Of a DNA stretch of 64,000 bases, positions 1 to 8,323 are shown one piece after another. Below the pieces are notes generated by a model. The model did no database searches and had not been told where the DNA came from. It worked only from the letters and a program-made list of their open reading frames with translations. The translations under genes were made by a program, and so were the position numbers. The first letter of the stretch is position 1. The number at the start of each line of letters is the position of its first letter. This DNA comes from Candidatus Poseidoniaceae archaeon (lineage in GTDB: Archaea; Thermoplasmatota; Poseidoniia; Poseidoniales; Poseidoniaceae), in assembly GCA_965662895.1 (NCBI GenBank), contig CBFIJH010000005.1, positions 57,928-121,927 of the forward strand. The letters are read 5' to 3'.

Positions 1-809
1 GTGGTTTGATGAAACCAAGTGCGGGTTCAGTCAGTCTGGCTGGAAAGAACATGACCCGATTGAAAGGCCAAGAATTGGTTGAACTTCGACAAAAGACCGT
101 ATCGTTCATTTTCCAAGAAGGAAACCTCCTTCCCGACTTGAACGCTCGGGACAACGTCGCTCAACCACTTCGCCATCAAGGCGTCCCCTCAAAGAAAGCA
201 CTCGCACAGGCTGATGCTATGTTGGAACGACTAGGAATGGCGCATCGGACACAAGCGCTTCCAGCTAAGCTCAGTGGTGGAGAGCAACAACGCGTTGCCA
301 TTGCTCGAGCACTCATCACTCGTCCTCGATTGATTCTTGCTGACGAGCCAACGGGTGCACTTGATCCTGTGACGAGCAGAGAAGTTCTTGCTTTGTTCAA
401 AGACTTGCACGAAAACGATGGCGTCTCGTTCCTGATTGTTACACACTCAAAAGAAGTCGCTTCTTTTGCAAACCGATCGCTTGAACTTCGAGATGGTCGC
501 TTTGTGGCCGAACATGGTGATTCCATCGACGTTGAAGATTTGAGCAAGGACCGTGAACTCATCATCGATGAGACAGGAACAGTAACACTGCCTCCAGATC
601 TTTTGGTCCGCCTTGGTGGAGCAGGACGATACACCGTCGGAAACGTGGCAAGCGGGTACCTTTCACTGCAAGGTGATTCGGTCGAAGCCATGGGCAAAAT
701 GGAACTTGCTCAGGTCTGTCCTGCCTGCAAGCATGACTATGTTGATAGCGATGAGCAAATGTGTCCATCCTGCGGCTCAAGTCGGCCCATGGTGGAAGTT
801 GAAGTATGA
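1..809 (+). CDS. ABC transporter ATP-binding protein, 5'-partial (MacB/LolD-like), with C-terminal zinc-ribbon extension
   Basis: ORF runs off the window start and no Walker A is visible. ABC signature LSGGEQQRVAIARAL, Walker B LILADEPTGALD, H-loop VTHS. Extra ~90-aa tail carrying CPACKH...CPSCGS (Cys4). Stop overlaps the next start (ATGA at 806-809). Confidence 0.8.
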   Translation, partial: GLMKPSAGSVSLAGKNMTRLKGQELVELRQKTVSFIFQEGNLLPDLNARDNVAQPLRHQGVPSKKALAQADAMLERLGMAHRTQALPAKLSGGEQQRVAIARALITRPRLILADEPTGALDPVTSREVLALFKDLHENDGVSFLIVTHSKEVASFANRSLELRDGRFVAEHGDSIDVEDLSKDRELIIDETGTVTLPPDLLVRLGGAGRYTVGNVASGYLSLQGDSVEAMGKMELAQVCPACKHDYVDSDEQMCPSCGSSRPMVEVEV

Positions 810-1093
810 AGCAACTCGTCTCATTTGTTAGTTATCTCGAGGGTTTCTCAGCCCTGTTTCTATTTGCAGTAGCGATGCCTGTCAAGTATATCGGTGGCGA
901 TCCATCACTGGTTTCACTCGTTGGCGCCATCCACGGAGGTCTTTTTGTTGCGTTCATTGGTTTGTTGTTCTTCGGTGTAGGACGTCAATGGAACCTGACT
1001 GCACTGATTCACGGATTCATCGCTGCCGTCGTTCCAGCAGGACCGTTTCTCTTTGATGGAATGCTCATCAGTGGAGAGTACGACCCCAAGTAA
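806..1093 (+). CDS. DUF3817-like small integral membrane protein
   Basis: 95 aa with 3 hydrophobic helices (LFLFAVAMPVKYIGG..., GGLFVAFIGLLFFGV, LIHGFIAAVVPAGPFLF). Start overlaps the ABC ATPase stop, suggesting translational coupling. Family assignment is from memory of DUF3817 architecture. Confidence 0.55.
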   Translation: MKQLVSFVSYLEGFSALFLFAVAMPVKYIGGDPSLVSLVGAIHGGLFVAFIGLLFFGVGRQWNLTALIHGFIAAVVPAGPFLFDGMLISGEYDPK

Positions 1094-1164
1094 TTTGATA
1101 TATAATCAGTTTTATTTAGTCAAGACTATAAGTAACGTGTTGTGTCGCTGGCTAACGTGATAAA

Positions 1165-1578
1165 ATGGACGCGAAAACTATCTTTCAACCGAAAATATGG
1201 TACATCATCTGTGGCGCTATAGCCCTCTTTGGTGGAATTGAAAACATGATGAACGCTGAAACTTGGGCTGAAAGCGCCTGGGGTAAGGACGGCGTAAACG
1301 ATCAAAGCAAAGCAATGGAGACCCTCTTCGGCCTCTTCATGTGTGGATTTGGGGTGATGGGTCTTGTTTGTGCCTTCGTGCTTGATGGTACAACTCAGGC
1401 CAAATTTGCGATGGCCAATGCAGGCGCAATCATGGCGTTCTTCCTCGCTATGTTTTTTGTTCTCCCAGAAACTGGCTACGAAATGCCAGGTGTTGCTTTC
1501 TTAGTACCACCATTCTTGTTCCTTGGTGGTCTTCTCGCTGCAGGATACTTGCACATGAACGACACGGAAATGGTTTGA
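1165..1578 (+). CDS. Small 4-TM membrane protein, MDAK-family paralog 1
   Basis: N-terminus MDAKTIFQPKIWY followed by hydrophobic helices. Stop TGA lies immediately before the next ATG at 1579. A TATA-like ttgatatataatc sits ~60 nt upstream. Confidence 0.6.
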   Translation: MDAKTIFQPKIWYIICGAIALFGGIENMMNAETWAESAWGKDGVNDQSKAMETLFGLFMCGFGVMGLVCAFVLDGTTQAKFAMANAGAIMAFFLAMFFVLPETGYEMPGVAFLVPPFLFLGGLLAAGYLHMNDTEMV

Positions 1579-1959
1579 ATGGATGCAAAGTCGATTCTTA
1601 ACACGAAAGTATGGCTAACAATCATTGGCGTTATGCATCTTCTCATGGGTGTCATTGTCAACTATATGGAAAATGGTAGTGAAGACAATCTTGCAGGATT
1701 TGGATTCTTTGCCATGATTAGTTTCTACCTACTTTATGTCGCATTTATGACCACAGGACAGGTACAAGCACGATTGGCAGTTATTTTCTGCGGACCAGTC
1801 GTTGTTTGGTTTATCGTTTGTATGGTTATGGATCTCAATCTCTTTGGGGCTCCGGTCGCATCTATGCCGGAAGCAGTTCTACCACTCGTTCTTTGGGGTA
1901 TGCCTGCTCTCTGCGGTATTCTCGATTGGAACATGGACGACACCGCAACTGAGGCATGA
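1579..1959 (+). CDS. Small membrane protein, MDAK-family paralog 2
   Basis: N-terminus MDAKSILNTKVWL. Same length class and same TM pattern as paralog 1. Confidence 0.6.
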   Translation: MDAKSILNTKVWLTIIGVMHLLMGVIVNYMENGSEDNLAGFGFFAMISFYLLYVAFMTTGQVQARLAVIFCGPVVVWFIVCMVMDLNLFGAPVASMPEAVLPLVLWGMPALCGILDWNMDDTATEA

Positions 1960-2432
1960 TGATGGATGCAAAGCGTATTTTTCAACCAAAAATATGGCTA
2001 CTCGTATTCGCTTTGGTCCATACTCTTGGGATGAGTGCTGATCTTCTACCGGTCCTAACGGATGACGAAGCTGCAGGTACACACTTAGGTAACACCGTCA
2101 ATGAATCGCTTGCCGATGATGAAAGTGCAATCGAGGCTTATCAAGGTGGCATGTCACAGGTGTATGGTATCGGATTGTCATGGACCATCATCATGGTTGG
2201 TGGTGCCTTCTGGACACGTGGGAAATCACAGGCCCAACTGAGCGTATTGTTCGGTGGTGGACTTTTTGTGACCGGCTTAACCTTGGGCATTATGGGTTCG
2301 ATGGTCGGTGACGGCTTCGACGCGTTTGCCTTTGTCATGACTACGCTCTTTGCGGCTCCGATCATCGCGAGTGGTGTTCTTCATCTTGAAGATGAGGCCG
2401 AAGAACCGTCCGCATCTCACGTTGATGCTTGA
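1956..2432 (+). CDS. Small membrane protein, MDAK-family paralog 3
   Basis: N-terminus MMMDAKRIFQPKIWL. ATGA overlap with the paralog 2 stop. Alternative starts at 1959 or 1962. Confidence 0.6.
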   Translation: MMMDAKRIFQPKIWLLVFALVHTLGMSADLLPVLTDDEAAGTHLGNTVNESLADDESAIEAYQGGMSQVYGIGLSWTIIMVGGAFWTRGKSQAQLSVLFGGGLFVTGLTLGIMGSMVGDGFDAFAFVMTTLFAAPIIASGVLHLEDEAEEPSASHVDA

Positions 2433-2449
2433 ACGAGTCTTGAACTCGA

Positions 2450-3706
2450 TCAACTGATTTTGAGTTCGAGAAAGCCAAATCCGCCGTTGTCGACCGCCAC
2501 CACGAGGTTGCCGTCTTTGTTGACACAGATGTCTTCACCGGCCCAATCTCCGCCTTCAGGTCCGTAGGTGGCTTCCCATTCCAACATACCTGTAGAATCA
2601 TACTTCAGCACGTAGACCCGCCATGCATCGGAACATTCCTCACCGTCGCATTTCGAGTAGCGCCAATATTCGTCACCCGTGCCCGCTACCACGACAACGC
2701 CACCATCCTCGAGCGCTTGCAAGCCCCAGACTTCGTCGTGAATGTATCGAGCATCAAAGCCTCGAGGGTTGCCGTTGGTAGCCTCCCAAAGCACCTCTCC
2801 TTGGGTATTCACTTTCACGGTATAGGTGTCCCAGTTTTCAGTTCCTGAAAGCGTGTGTCCGGAGAGATACATCAAGCCCTCAGAGGTCATGCCGAACGCA
2901 AAGTTGTGATCGGGCTCGCTGCCACCGTAGGTTTTGGCCCACTTCACTTCGCCCGTTATGTCTGCTCTCAGGAGGGCATAATCCTCAGCGCCTTCGGTTA
3001 GCCCGGACACGTACAGGTCTCCCTCATACATGGCAATACGATAAGCTTGAGCCATGTGGACTTGGAGTGATTTATCTGAAATTTGTTCGCCTGATGGTCC
3101 AAAGACCATCATGTGCCCTCGTCCTTCGGTGAAGAAGGTGTTCTCGTCGTCCTCCGCATTGGTGTAGCCAACAGCAACAAAGCCACTTGGAACCGCCACC
3201 AGGTGTTCAAGAGCATCGCTGCCTCCGTAATTGTAGGTCTTTAACCAAAAGCTCTCACCCGTGGTTTTGTTAAGTTTCATGATGCTACTGTCCTCGCCCA
3301 ACGCGCCGACAACAACGTAGCCGTCCGCAACCTCAATGGCGCTGTTGCCCAAATTGTGGCCTTTCGTACCGAATTCTTTCTTCCATTCAAGAACCCCTGT
3401 GGCATTCACCTTGACGACGAGAAGCTTTGCTCCGTTTGGGATGAAACCAGTCTCGCCGATTTGCAAGTAACCCCCGTCCTCACAAGCGAGAATGAAGTGG
3501 CCATGCGATTCTTCCTGCGAGCCACCGTAGGAAGTCATCCAACCAACCTCCGGTACGGTGCCGCTGTGTTCGTTTGAGGCGACAAGAAGGGGACCATCGC
3601 CTTCACCTTCTCCGAAGCATCCAGCGATTGAGGATATGAGCAGCACCAAACAGAATAAGGCAAAGCTACGATGATGCATGGATTTCATCCGTCTCTGCTC
3701 CTTCAT
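2450..3706 (-). CDS. Secreted lipoprotein with SBBP-type beta-propeller repeats
   Basis: Start moved to MKEQRRMKSMHHRSFALFCLVLLISSIAGC, a signal peptide plus lipobox Cys. At least 6 repeats of ~50 aa matching the YGGS...D.g..v....G.hYhhG.T pattern (e.g. TYNYGGSDALEHLVAVPSGFVAVGYT, KTYGGSEPDHNFAFGMTSEGLMYLSGHT). Confidence 0.65.
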   Translation of the reverse strand: MKEQRRMKSMHHRSFALFCLVLLISSIAGCFGEGEGDGPLLVASNEHSGTVPEVGWMTSYGGSQEESHGHFILACEDGGYLQIGETGFIPNGAKLLVVKVNATGVLEWKKEFGTKGHNLGNSAIEVADGYVVVGALGEDSSIMKLNKTTGESFWLKTYNYGGSDALEHLVAVPSGFVAVGYTNAEDDENTFFTEGRGHMMVFGPSGEQISDKSLQVHMAQAYRIAMYEGDLYVSGLTEGAEDYALLRADITGEVKWAKTYGGSEPDHNFAFGMTSEGLMYLSGHTLSGTENWDTYTVKVNTQGEVLWEATNGNPRGFDARYIHDEVWGLQALEDGGVVVVAGTGDEYWRYSKCDGEECSDAWRVYVLKYDSTGMLEWEATYGPEGGDWAGEDICVNKDGNLVVAVDNGGFGFLELKIS

Positions 3707-3777
3707 GAATCCATTGGGTCGAGGGTGTTCTTTGGGCGATGGAGAATCTCGCTCTGTTCGACTATGCGAATCATGAT

Positions 3778-4140
3778 TCAGGCAGCCTTGACTCCTTGCG
3801 GCCAGAGTACGAGGATGAGCGTCTTTCCACGCGTCTTTGGCGTGTGGGTTGATTCTGGGTCCATCCAAACAATGGATCCAGTTGGATAAGTCCCATCTTC
3901 ATCCCAGACTTCACCTTCAAGGACGACGTAGCATTCGCCACCAGGGTGGCTGTGAGGCATGAACGCATCCACTTCGACTTCAGATTGTGCTTCATAGAGA
4001 ACCAGAGATGTTTTCTCTTCACGCTTGAGTTTGCCCAAGCGTACACCGGTTCCAAAATCCTTCCAGGAGATGTTCTCTTTGAGCCAATCCTCGTCAATGT
4101 TGAAACTGAGCCAATCGGCCATGTCGTGTGTGAAGACCAT
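3778..4140 (-). CDS. Cupin-fold protein (ChrR-like cupin)
   Basis: Cupin metal motif HSHPGGECYVVLEGEV...G..V.......H. Start trimmed to MVFTHD. The longer upstream reading has no support. Confidence 0.5.
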   Translation of the reverse strand: MVFTHDMADWLSFNIDEDWLKENISWKDFGTGVRLGKLKREEKTSLVLYEAQSEVEVDAFMPHSHPGGECYVVLEGEVWDEDGTYPTGSIVWMDPESTHTPKTRGKTLILVLWPQGVKAA

Positions 4141-4193
4141 GTCCGTCCCAACGACAACGGTTTGATGAGGTGTTCGGTTTCGTGGTTTGCAAA

Positions 4194-4724
4194 CTATTGT
4201 GCCGTTTCCCACAAATCAAGAACTTCTTGCGGTTCTTCCAGCATACCGACCTTTGTCGCAGTGATGTAACCTTCAGCATTGACGAACATCACTGTGCCTG
4301 GAGAAGTGATGTCAAGTTCGAGCCCTGGTTCAACACCTTTCATGAACGCATAGGTTGTGAGTGTGACGCCTGTATCGCCAGATTCGTCATCGAAGGCGTT
4401 GGCTGATTCATGCCAATCTTGGAGTGTAATGCCGCTGGCGTTTTCAGCAGGATCTGTGGACATGACAAGTACAGGAAGTTCAGGAAGCGCTTCCCAAATT
4501 GTGAACATCGATGTGTGACATGGGTTGTTGCACCACTCTGCTGAGAACATGACAATATATGGAGAACCCGCCATCTTTGCTTTGTTGTAGGTTTCATTGT
4601 CGTCTGCAACACTTGAAAATTGAGGGAAGACCTTCAGTTCTTCAGTTTCTTCGGATGTACATCCAGCAAAGCCTGTTGAAATCAACAGCAGTACGACCAA
4701 AATGGTGAGGTTTGATTTCATCAT
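4194..4724 (-). CDS. Thioredoxin-fold lipoprotein (TlpA/redoxin-like)
   Basis: Start at MMKSNLTILVVLLLISTGFAGC (signal peptide plus lipobox). CxxC-like WCNNPC in the expected thioredoxin position. Confidence 0.65.
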   Translation of the reverse strand: MMKSNLTILVVLLLISTGFAGCTSEETEELKVFPQFSSVADDNETYNKAKMAGSPYIVMFSAEWCNNPCHTSMFTIWEALPELPVLVMSTDPAENASGITLQDWHESANAFDDESGDTGVTLTTYAFMKGVEPGLELDITSPGTVMFVNAEGYITATKVGMLEEPQEVLDLWETAQ

Positions 4725-4808
4725 GTATCCTTCTCCGTCCGGTGCTATTGAAATGTTTTCCCTATAGGTTTCGCAAAAACCCAAATACGGCAGGCCATAT
4801 CCTGAGGC

Positions 4809-5882
4809 ATGAAACATCGGGTGCTGCTGGTTGGTCTCGTTGTTTTCTGCCTGGTTCAACCCATGGCCCATGCTGAAGATTCGTCCTACGAATGTACCGC
4901 AGGCGACTCGACCGAAGACCGAGTTGGTTGCCTCGACTCGGATGGAGATGGTTGGTCCGATCCAGATTCAAACTGGAACGAATCGATGGGTGCCGATGCG
5001 TTTCCAAACAATGCTTCTGAGCATCGAGATCTTGACGGAGACGGTCTAGGTGATGGCATCGATTCAGACATGGACGGCGATGGCTCCAACGATGATGTAG
5101 ATTTGTGGCCAGAAGATGCAGGCATTTGGTCAGATTCCGACGGAGATGGATACGCAGATCAAGGCTTGCATTCACTTTCTGACAATTGTCCATTCATCTA
5201 TGGAAAGAGCAAGATTCGTCTTATTGGGTGCTCCGACATTGATGGAGATTTCATGCCGGATGAATACGATGATGATGCAGACGGTGATGGAATTCGAAAT
5301 GAAATGGAACGTGCAGCATCCTCGGGAACAATCCTCTACGACCCCTACAATGCAGAATCAACCCCTCTCGATACGGACCGAGATACACTTCCCGATGTCC
5401 TCGATGATGACAACGATAACGATGGCTGGCCGGATGATGTCGAACTCGATCGTGGTTCTGGTATCTATGATGCTGATTCAACTCCGTTCAACATGTACAT
5501 GGGGGTGGAGACAGGATTCTTTTATCGCGGCGGTTTGAATGCAGACTCATTCACGAGCGAATACGATCCTGAGAGTTTCGAAATCTCTCTGTCTGCACTA
5601 AGTGAAATTGTGTTTGAGGAATTGGTGATACCTCTTCTTCTTGTTCCGATTTATTTTGCTGTCTTTTTCGCTCGACGTGGTGAATTCCGAAATTGTCTGA
5701 AGAAAATTGAGTCCGCTTCGACATCCAATGAACTCATTGAACTTGAGAAAATTGTCAATTCGATGGTAAAGGAAAAGAGAATCAAGGTTTATCATGGGCT
5801 TGTTTTGAGAAATGCATTGGAAGAAAAGGAATCCGAGTTTGGCTCTGAACCTCAATATGAAGCCAAATCAGAGGAAGAATAA
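4809..5882 (+). CDS. Cell-surface protein with thrombospondin-type-3-like acidic Ca-binding repeats and a C-terminal TM anchor
   Basis: Signal peptide MKHRVLLVGLVVFCLVQPMAHA. Repeated DSDGDGWSD, DLDGDGLGD and DSDMDGDGSNDD units. Single C-terminal helix LVIPLLLVPIYFAVFFA followed by an ~80-aa charged cytoplasmic tail. SD-like GAGG sits upstream. Confidence 0.7.
   Translation: MKHRVLLVGLVVFCLVQPMAHAEDSSYECTAGDSTEDRVGCLDSDGDGWSDPDSNWNESMGADAFPNNASEHRDLDGDGLGDGIDSDMDGDGSNDDVDLWPEDAGIWSDSDGDGYADQGLHSLSDNCPFIYGKSKIRLIGCSDIDGDFMPDEYDDDADGDGIRNEMERAASSGTILYDPYNAESTPLDTDRDTLPDVLDDDNDNDGWPDDVELDRGSGIYDADSTPFNMYMGVETGFFYRGGLNADSFTSEYDPESFEISLSALSEIVFEELVIPLLLVPIYFAVFFARRGEFRNCLKKIESASTSNELIELEKIVNSMVKEKRIKVYHGLVLRNALEEKESEFGSEPQYEAKSEEE
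4920..5450 (+). repeat. Intragenic tandem acidic D-x-D-x-D-G repeats (TSP3-like)
   Basis: Recurrent gatggagatgg / gacggtgatgg codon blocks. These also spawn spurious ORFs in the other frames. Confidence 0.55.
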
Positions 5883-5886
5883 TCCT

Positions 5887-6246
5887 TCATATCCAAACAT
5901 CGTTGGATGCGGTGAGATTGCTTTCAGCATCTCCAGTGTTGACAACACCTCGAGGTTCAATCAGCATAATTTTGCATTCTGCTTTTGCATAAGGGCGATG
6001 TCGTACACCCTTTGGAACAACGTACATTTCACCAGCATTCAACTCCATTGTTTCGGACTCAAATTCAATGAACAATGTCCCTTCAATGACGTAAAAGAAT
6101 TCATCCGTATCCGAGTGATTGTGCCAGACAAAATCACCCTCAACCTTGGCAATCTTGATTTGATAATCGTTCAATTCGCTGATGATTTTTGGTGTCCAGA
6201 GTTCATTGAACAAAGCAAATTTTTCATCCAAATTAATCTTCTTCAT
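5887..6246 (-). CDS. Cupin domain protein
   Basis: 119 aa. Two cupin motifs: VWHNHSDTDEFFYVIEGTLFIE and GEMYVVPKGVRHRP. Confidence 0.7.
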   Translation of the reverse strand: MKKINLDEKFALFNELWTPKIISELNDYQIKIAKVEGDFVWHNHSDTDEFFYVIEGTLFIEFESETMELNAGEMYVVPKGVRHRPYAKAECKIMLIEPRGVVNTGDAESNLTASNDVWI

Positions 6247-6387
6247 GTCATTATCTCGTACACTATACTATTGAAAAACTTTCCAGACTCGATTCAGATT
6301 CGACTCTCTTACATTTCTTTTCTTTGAGCCAATATTCATCCAACGATGTGGATTAAGTTAGAATACTGGGTGTGAATTACCCTCTAT

Positions 6388-6732
6388 ATGGAACGCAGGC
6401 GTCGAGACCTCTCCGTGACCATCTACCGTATCCTCTTGTACCTCTCCAGAATGCGAGAACGCGATGCTGAATCAAAGCGCTTGATGCGTATTGAACGGGC
6501 AACAGGTATTGAACGTAAGGAGTTGAAAATCCACCTTGAGAAACTCGTTGATGCGGGCTACGTCAAACAAATTGACTCAGATAAGAAAGGACGGGGAGGT
6601 CACCCTATTGTTACCTATGACATTTTAGAATCCGGCCGAAGTTTACGTAGTGACATAGGCCGATGGATCGATTTAGGGATTCGAATGAAATACTATCCAG
6701 ACAATTTTTTCTATCTTCCGAGTGATGCCTGA
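6388..6732 (+). CDS. Winged helix-turn-helix transcriptional regulator
   Basis: 114 aa. Pattern IYRILLYLS...LMRIERATGIERKELKIHLEKLVDAGYV fits the wHTH recognition helix plus wing (MarR/ArsR/PadR-like). Divergent from the cupin gene. Confidence 0.55.
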   Translation: MERRRRDLSVTIYRILLYLSRMRERDAESKRLMRIERATGIERKELKIHLEKLVDAGYVKQIDSDKKGRGGHPIVTYDILESGRSLRSDIGRWIDLGIRMKYYPDNFFYLPSDA

Positions 6733-6770
6733 TAGCGGGTAATTTAACCCCCTAAGAAAACCCTCCTTTG

Positions 6771-6777
6771 TTTATAT
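6771..6777 (+). promoter_or_regulatory. Archaeal TATA box (TTTATAT) centred about -26 from the ATG at 6800; implies a leaderless transcript
   Basis: tttatat at 6771-6777 with ATG at 6800. This spacing is the classic archaeal leaderless arrangement. Not experimentally supported. Confidence 0.4.
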
Positions 6778-6799
6778 CCATTAGGGCTATCCCAAAATC

Positions 6800-7075
6800 A
6801 TGTCCGGAAAGAAAGCCGTAGACAAGGTCAGCAAAGGACTCGGTTCCTTAATCGATGAATTTGCTTCAGCCGTCAAAGAGATGGTGAACGCTGGAGAAGA
6901 AACCGTTGTTCATCTAGCAGTTGGCTCAAGCCGAGTCATCAAGGCTGCCATCGATGCGACAGGTGAAGTGACTAAGATCACCGTAGAAACCGCTGGCAAC
7001 GTTGTCGGTTCGGTGGCACAAGGTGTGAAGAACGTCGTCGGTTCAAACGGGCAAAAAAAAGGTGAAGAAGAATGA
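6800..7075 (+). CDS. Small soluble Gly/Val/Ala-rich protein (91 aa), first gene of a 3-gene micro-operon
   Basis: ORF-track entry. Stop overlaps the next ATG (ATGA at 7072-7075). Confidence 0.55.
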   Translation: MSGKKAVDKVSKGLGSLIDEFASAVKEMVNAGEETVVHLAVGSSRVIKAAIDATGEVTKITVETAGNVVGSVAQGVKNVVGSNGQKKGEEE

Positions 7076-7251
7076 TAGGAAGATTGTTTGCAGCTACAAT
7101 TGTTGCAGGAACTGTTGGACTAATGGCTGGCGTTGCATCAAGCACATTCCGCCATTATTATCGAAAGCATGCTGAGTTTGAGGACCTAAAGAACGATTCC
7201 ATCCAGGAAGTCGTTGTCGTCACTGAATTCGTTGAAGGGGTGGAAGAATGA
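7072..7251 (+). CDS. Small single-TM protein (59 aa), absent from the ORF track
   Basis: Own translation: MIGRLFAATIVAGTVGLMAGVASSTFRHYYRKHAEFEDLKNDSIQEVVVVTEFVEGVEE. ATGA overlaps at both ends (7072-7075 and 7248-7251). Confidence 0.45.
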   Translation: MIGRLFAATIVAGTVGLMAGVASSTFRHYYRKHAEFEDLKNDSIQEVVVVTEFVEGVEE

Positions 7252-7421
7252 TTCCAGTTATTGTTGGTGGACTTGCAGTTGTCTCAGCAACGCTCAATGT
7301 TATGGCTGGAGCAGCAGCAATGGGCTCAGGATACGGAATCGGTCGCAAGTATGGTCGAAAGGTCTGTGAAGCTCTCGATGGCCTCGATTCAAACATGAAG
7401 AACATCCTCAAGAATGAATGA
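7248..7421 (+). CDS. Small membrane protein (57 aa), absent from the ORF track
   Basis: Own translation: MIPVIVGGLAVVSATLNVMAGAAAMGSGYGIGRKYGRKVCEALDGLDSNMKNILKNE. Coupled to the previous ORF. The antisense 63-aa ORF at 7220-7411 is rejected in favour of this one. Confidence 0.45.
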   Translation: MIPVIVGGLAVVSATLNVMAGAAAMGSGYGIGRKYGRKVCEALDGLDSNMKNILKNE

Positions 7422-7462
7422 GTTTAGCGATTTATTCATGAATCGTAGGGGGATGGGCAATT

Positions 7463-8275
7463 GTGTCTGACCCACTCCAAATCCCTTCCTTTCCGCCAGA
7501 AGGACCTTGGGAAATGTACGTTCTCGTACTGATCTGGTTACCATTTCTGTTCAGAACATTGTTGCTTACCAGACCATTGTATCGAGTCATCAAGAAATTC
7601 GCTCCTCATGGAGGGTGGGCTATTCGGCAACTACGCGAATTACCGATCAAAGGACTCTCAATTCTGGTTCTCAATGAATCTCTAGCATTTATGCTACCAC
7701 CATTGACTGTTATCCTCTTCAGATTGAGGTTTGATCCAATCGGTTGGGATACTTGGGGAGAAGCAGGTTTCCTTGGATTTCTTCTTCTCTTGATTTTCTT
7801 CTCATTGTGGATTGTTTTTGATGCATTTAGAATTTTTCGGGTTCGAAGAATGCTGATATCTGTTGATCGATACGATGTTGACAAATTGAAGAAAATCGCA
7901 GACGTAGGGATCAAAACTCGAAGATTTTTCAGGCGATTCTCAAGGAAAGAAACTGAGGATGGAGATGAAACAACGGCAGTTGATGCTGCCTCTCGAGTTG
8001 GTAAACGAAGCGCAAAGGTGTGGGGACTTCGTGTACTGAAGATGCGGAAATTGAGCCCTGCTGGATTGCTTAGTTCAGTAGCTGTTGGGGCAGCAATCGA
8101 GGCTGCAAGGGCAGGAGCAGGAAAAGTGTCTGATATCATCGATGAAAAAATGCAGGAAGAATTTGACAAAGTGGCAAAAACAAGCACAAAGTCACTCCTG
8201 ATTCTCTTCTTGAGAGATTTAGCGATGGCAGTATCCCCTTTGTTACTGTTCGCCGTTCTACCAATCATCCTTTGA
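7463..8275 (+). CDS. Hypothetical polytopic membrane protein
   Basis: 270 aa with 4 N-terminal TM helices, a charged central region and a C-terminal helix. The antisense 304-aa ORF is low-complexity Ser/Arg-rich and rejected. Confidence 0.6.
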   Translation: MSDPLQIPSFPPEGPWEMYVLVLIWLPFLFRTLLLTRPLYRVIKKFAPHGGWAIRQLRELPIKGLSILVLNESLAFMLPPLTVILFRLRFDPIGWDTWGEAGFLGFLLLLIFFSLWIVFDAFRIFRVRRMLISVDRYDVDKLKKIADVGIKTRRFFRRFSRKETEDGDETTAVDAASRVGKRSAKVWGLRVLKMRKLSPAGLLSSVAVGAAIEAARAGAGKVSDIIDEKMQEEFDKVAKTSTKSLLILFLRDLAMAVSPLLLFAVLPIIL

Positions 8276-8323
8276 CCGATGCACAATAGAAAGAACTTAG
8301 GAATCAGCGTCGCTGTATGAGTC

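Noticed and set aside
176-697. 173-aa minus-strand ORF
   Set aside because: Antisense to the well-supported ABC ATPase. Ser/Arg/Pro-rich.
2450-3868. Long in-frame N-terminal extensions reported by the track (also at 4194-4871, 19253, 37057, 41862, 51784-53256, 53181-53783, 32576-34555)
   Set aside because: Upstream portions lack signal peptides or conserved N-termini. Internal Met codons give canonical signal peptides or family-typical N-termini. Starts were trimmed accordingly.
7220-7411. 63-aa minus-strand ORF in the ORF track
   Set aside because: Antisense to two ATGA-coupled small plus-strand ORFs that continue the 6800-7075 gene. Product is Pro/Ala-rich with no features.
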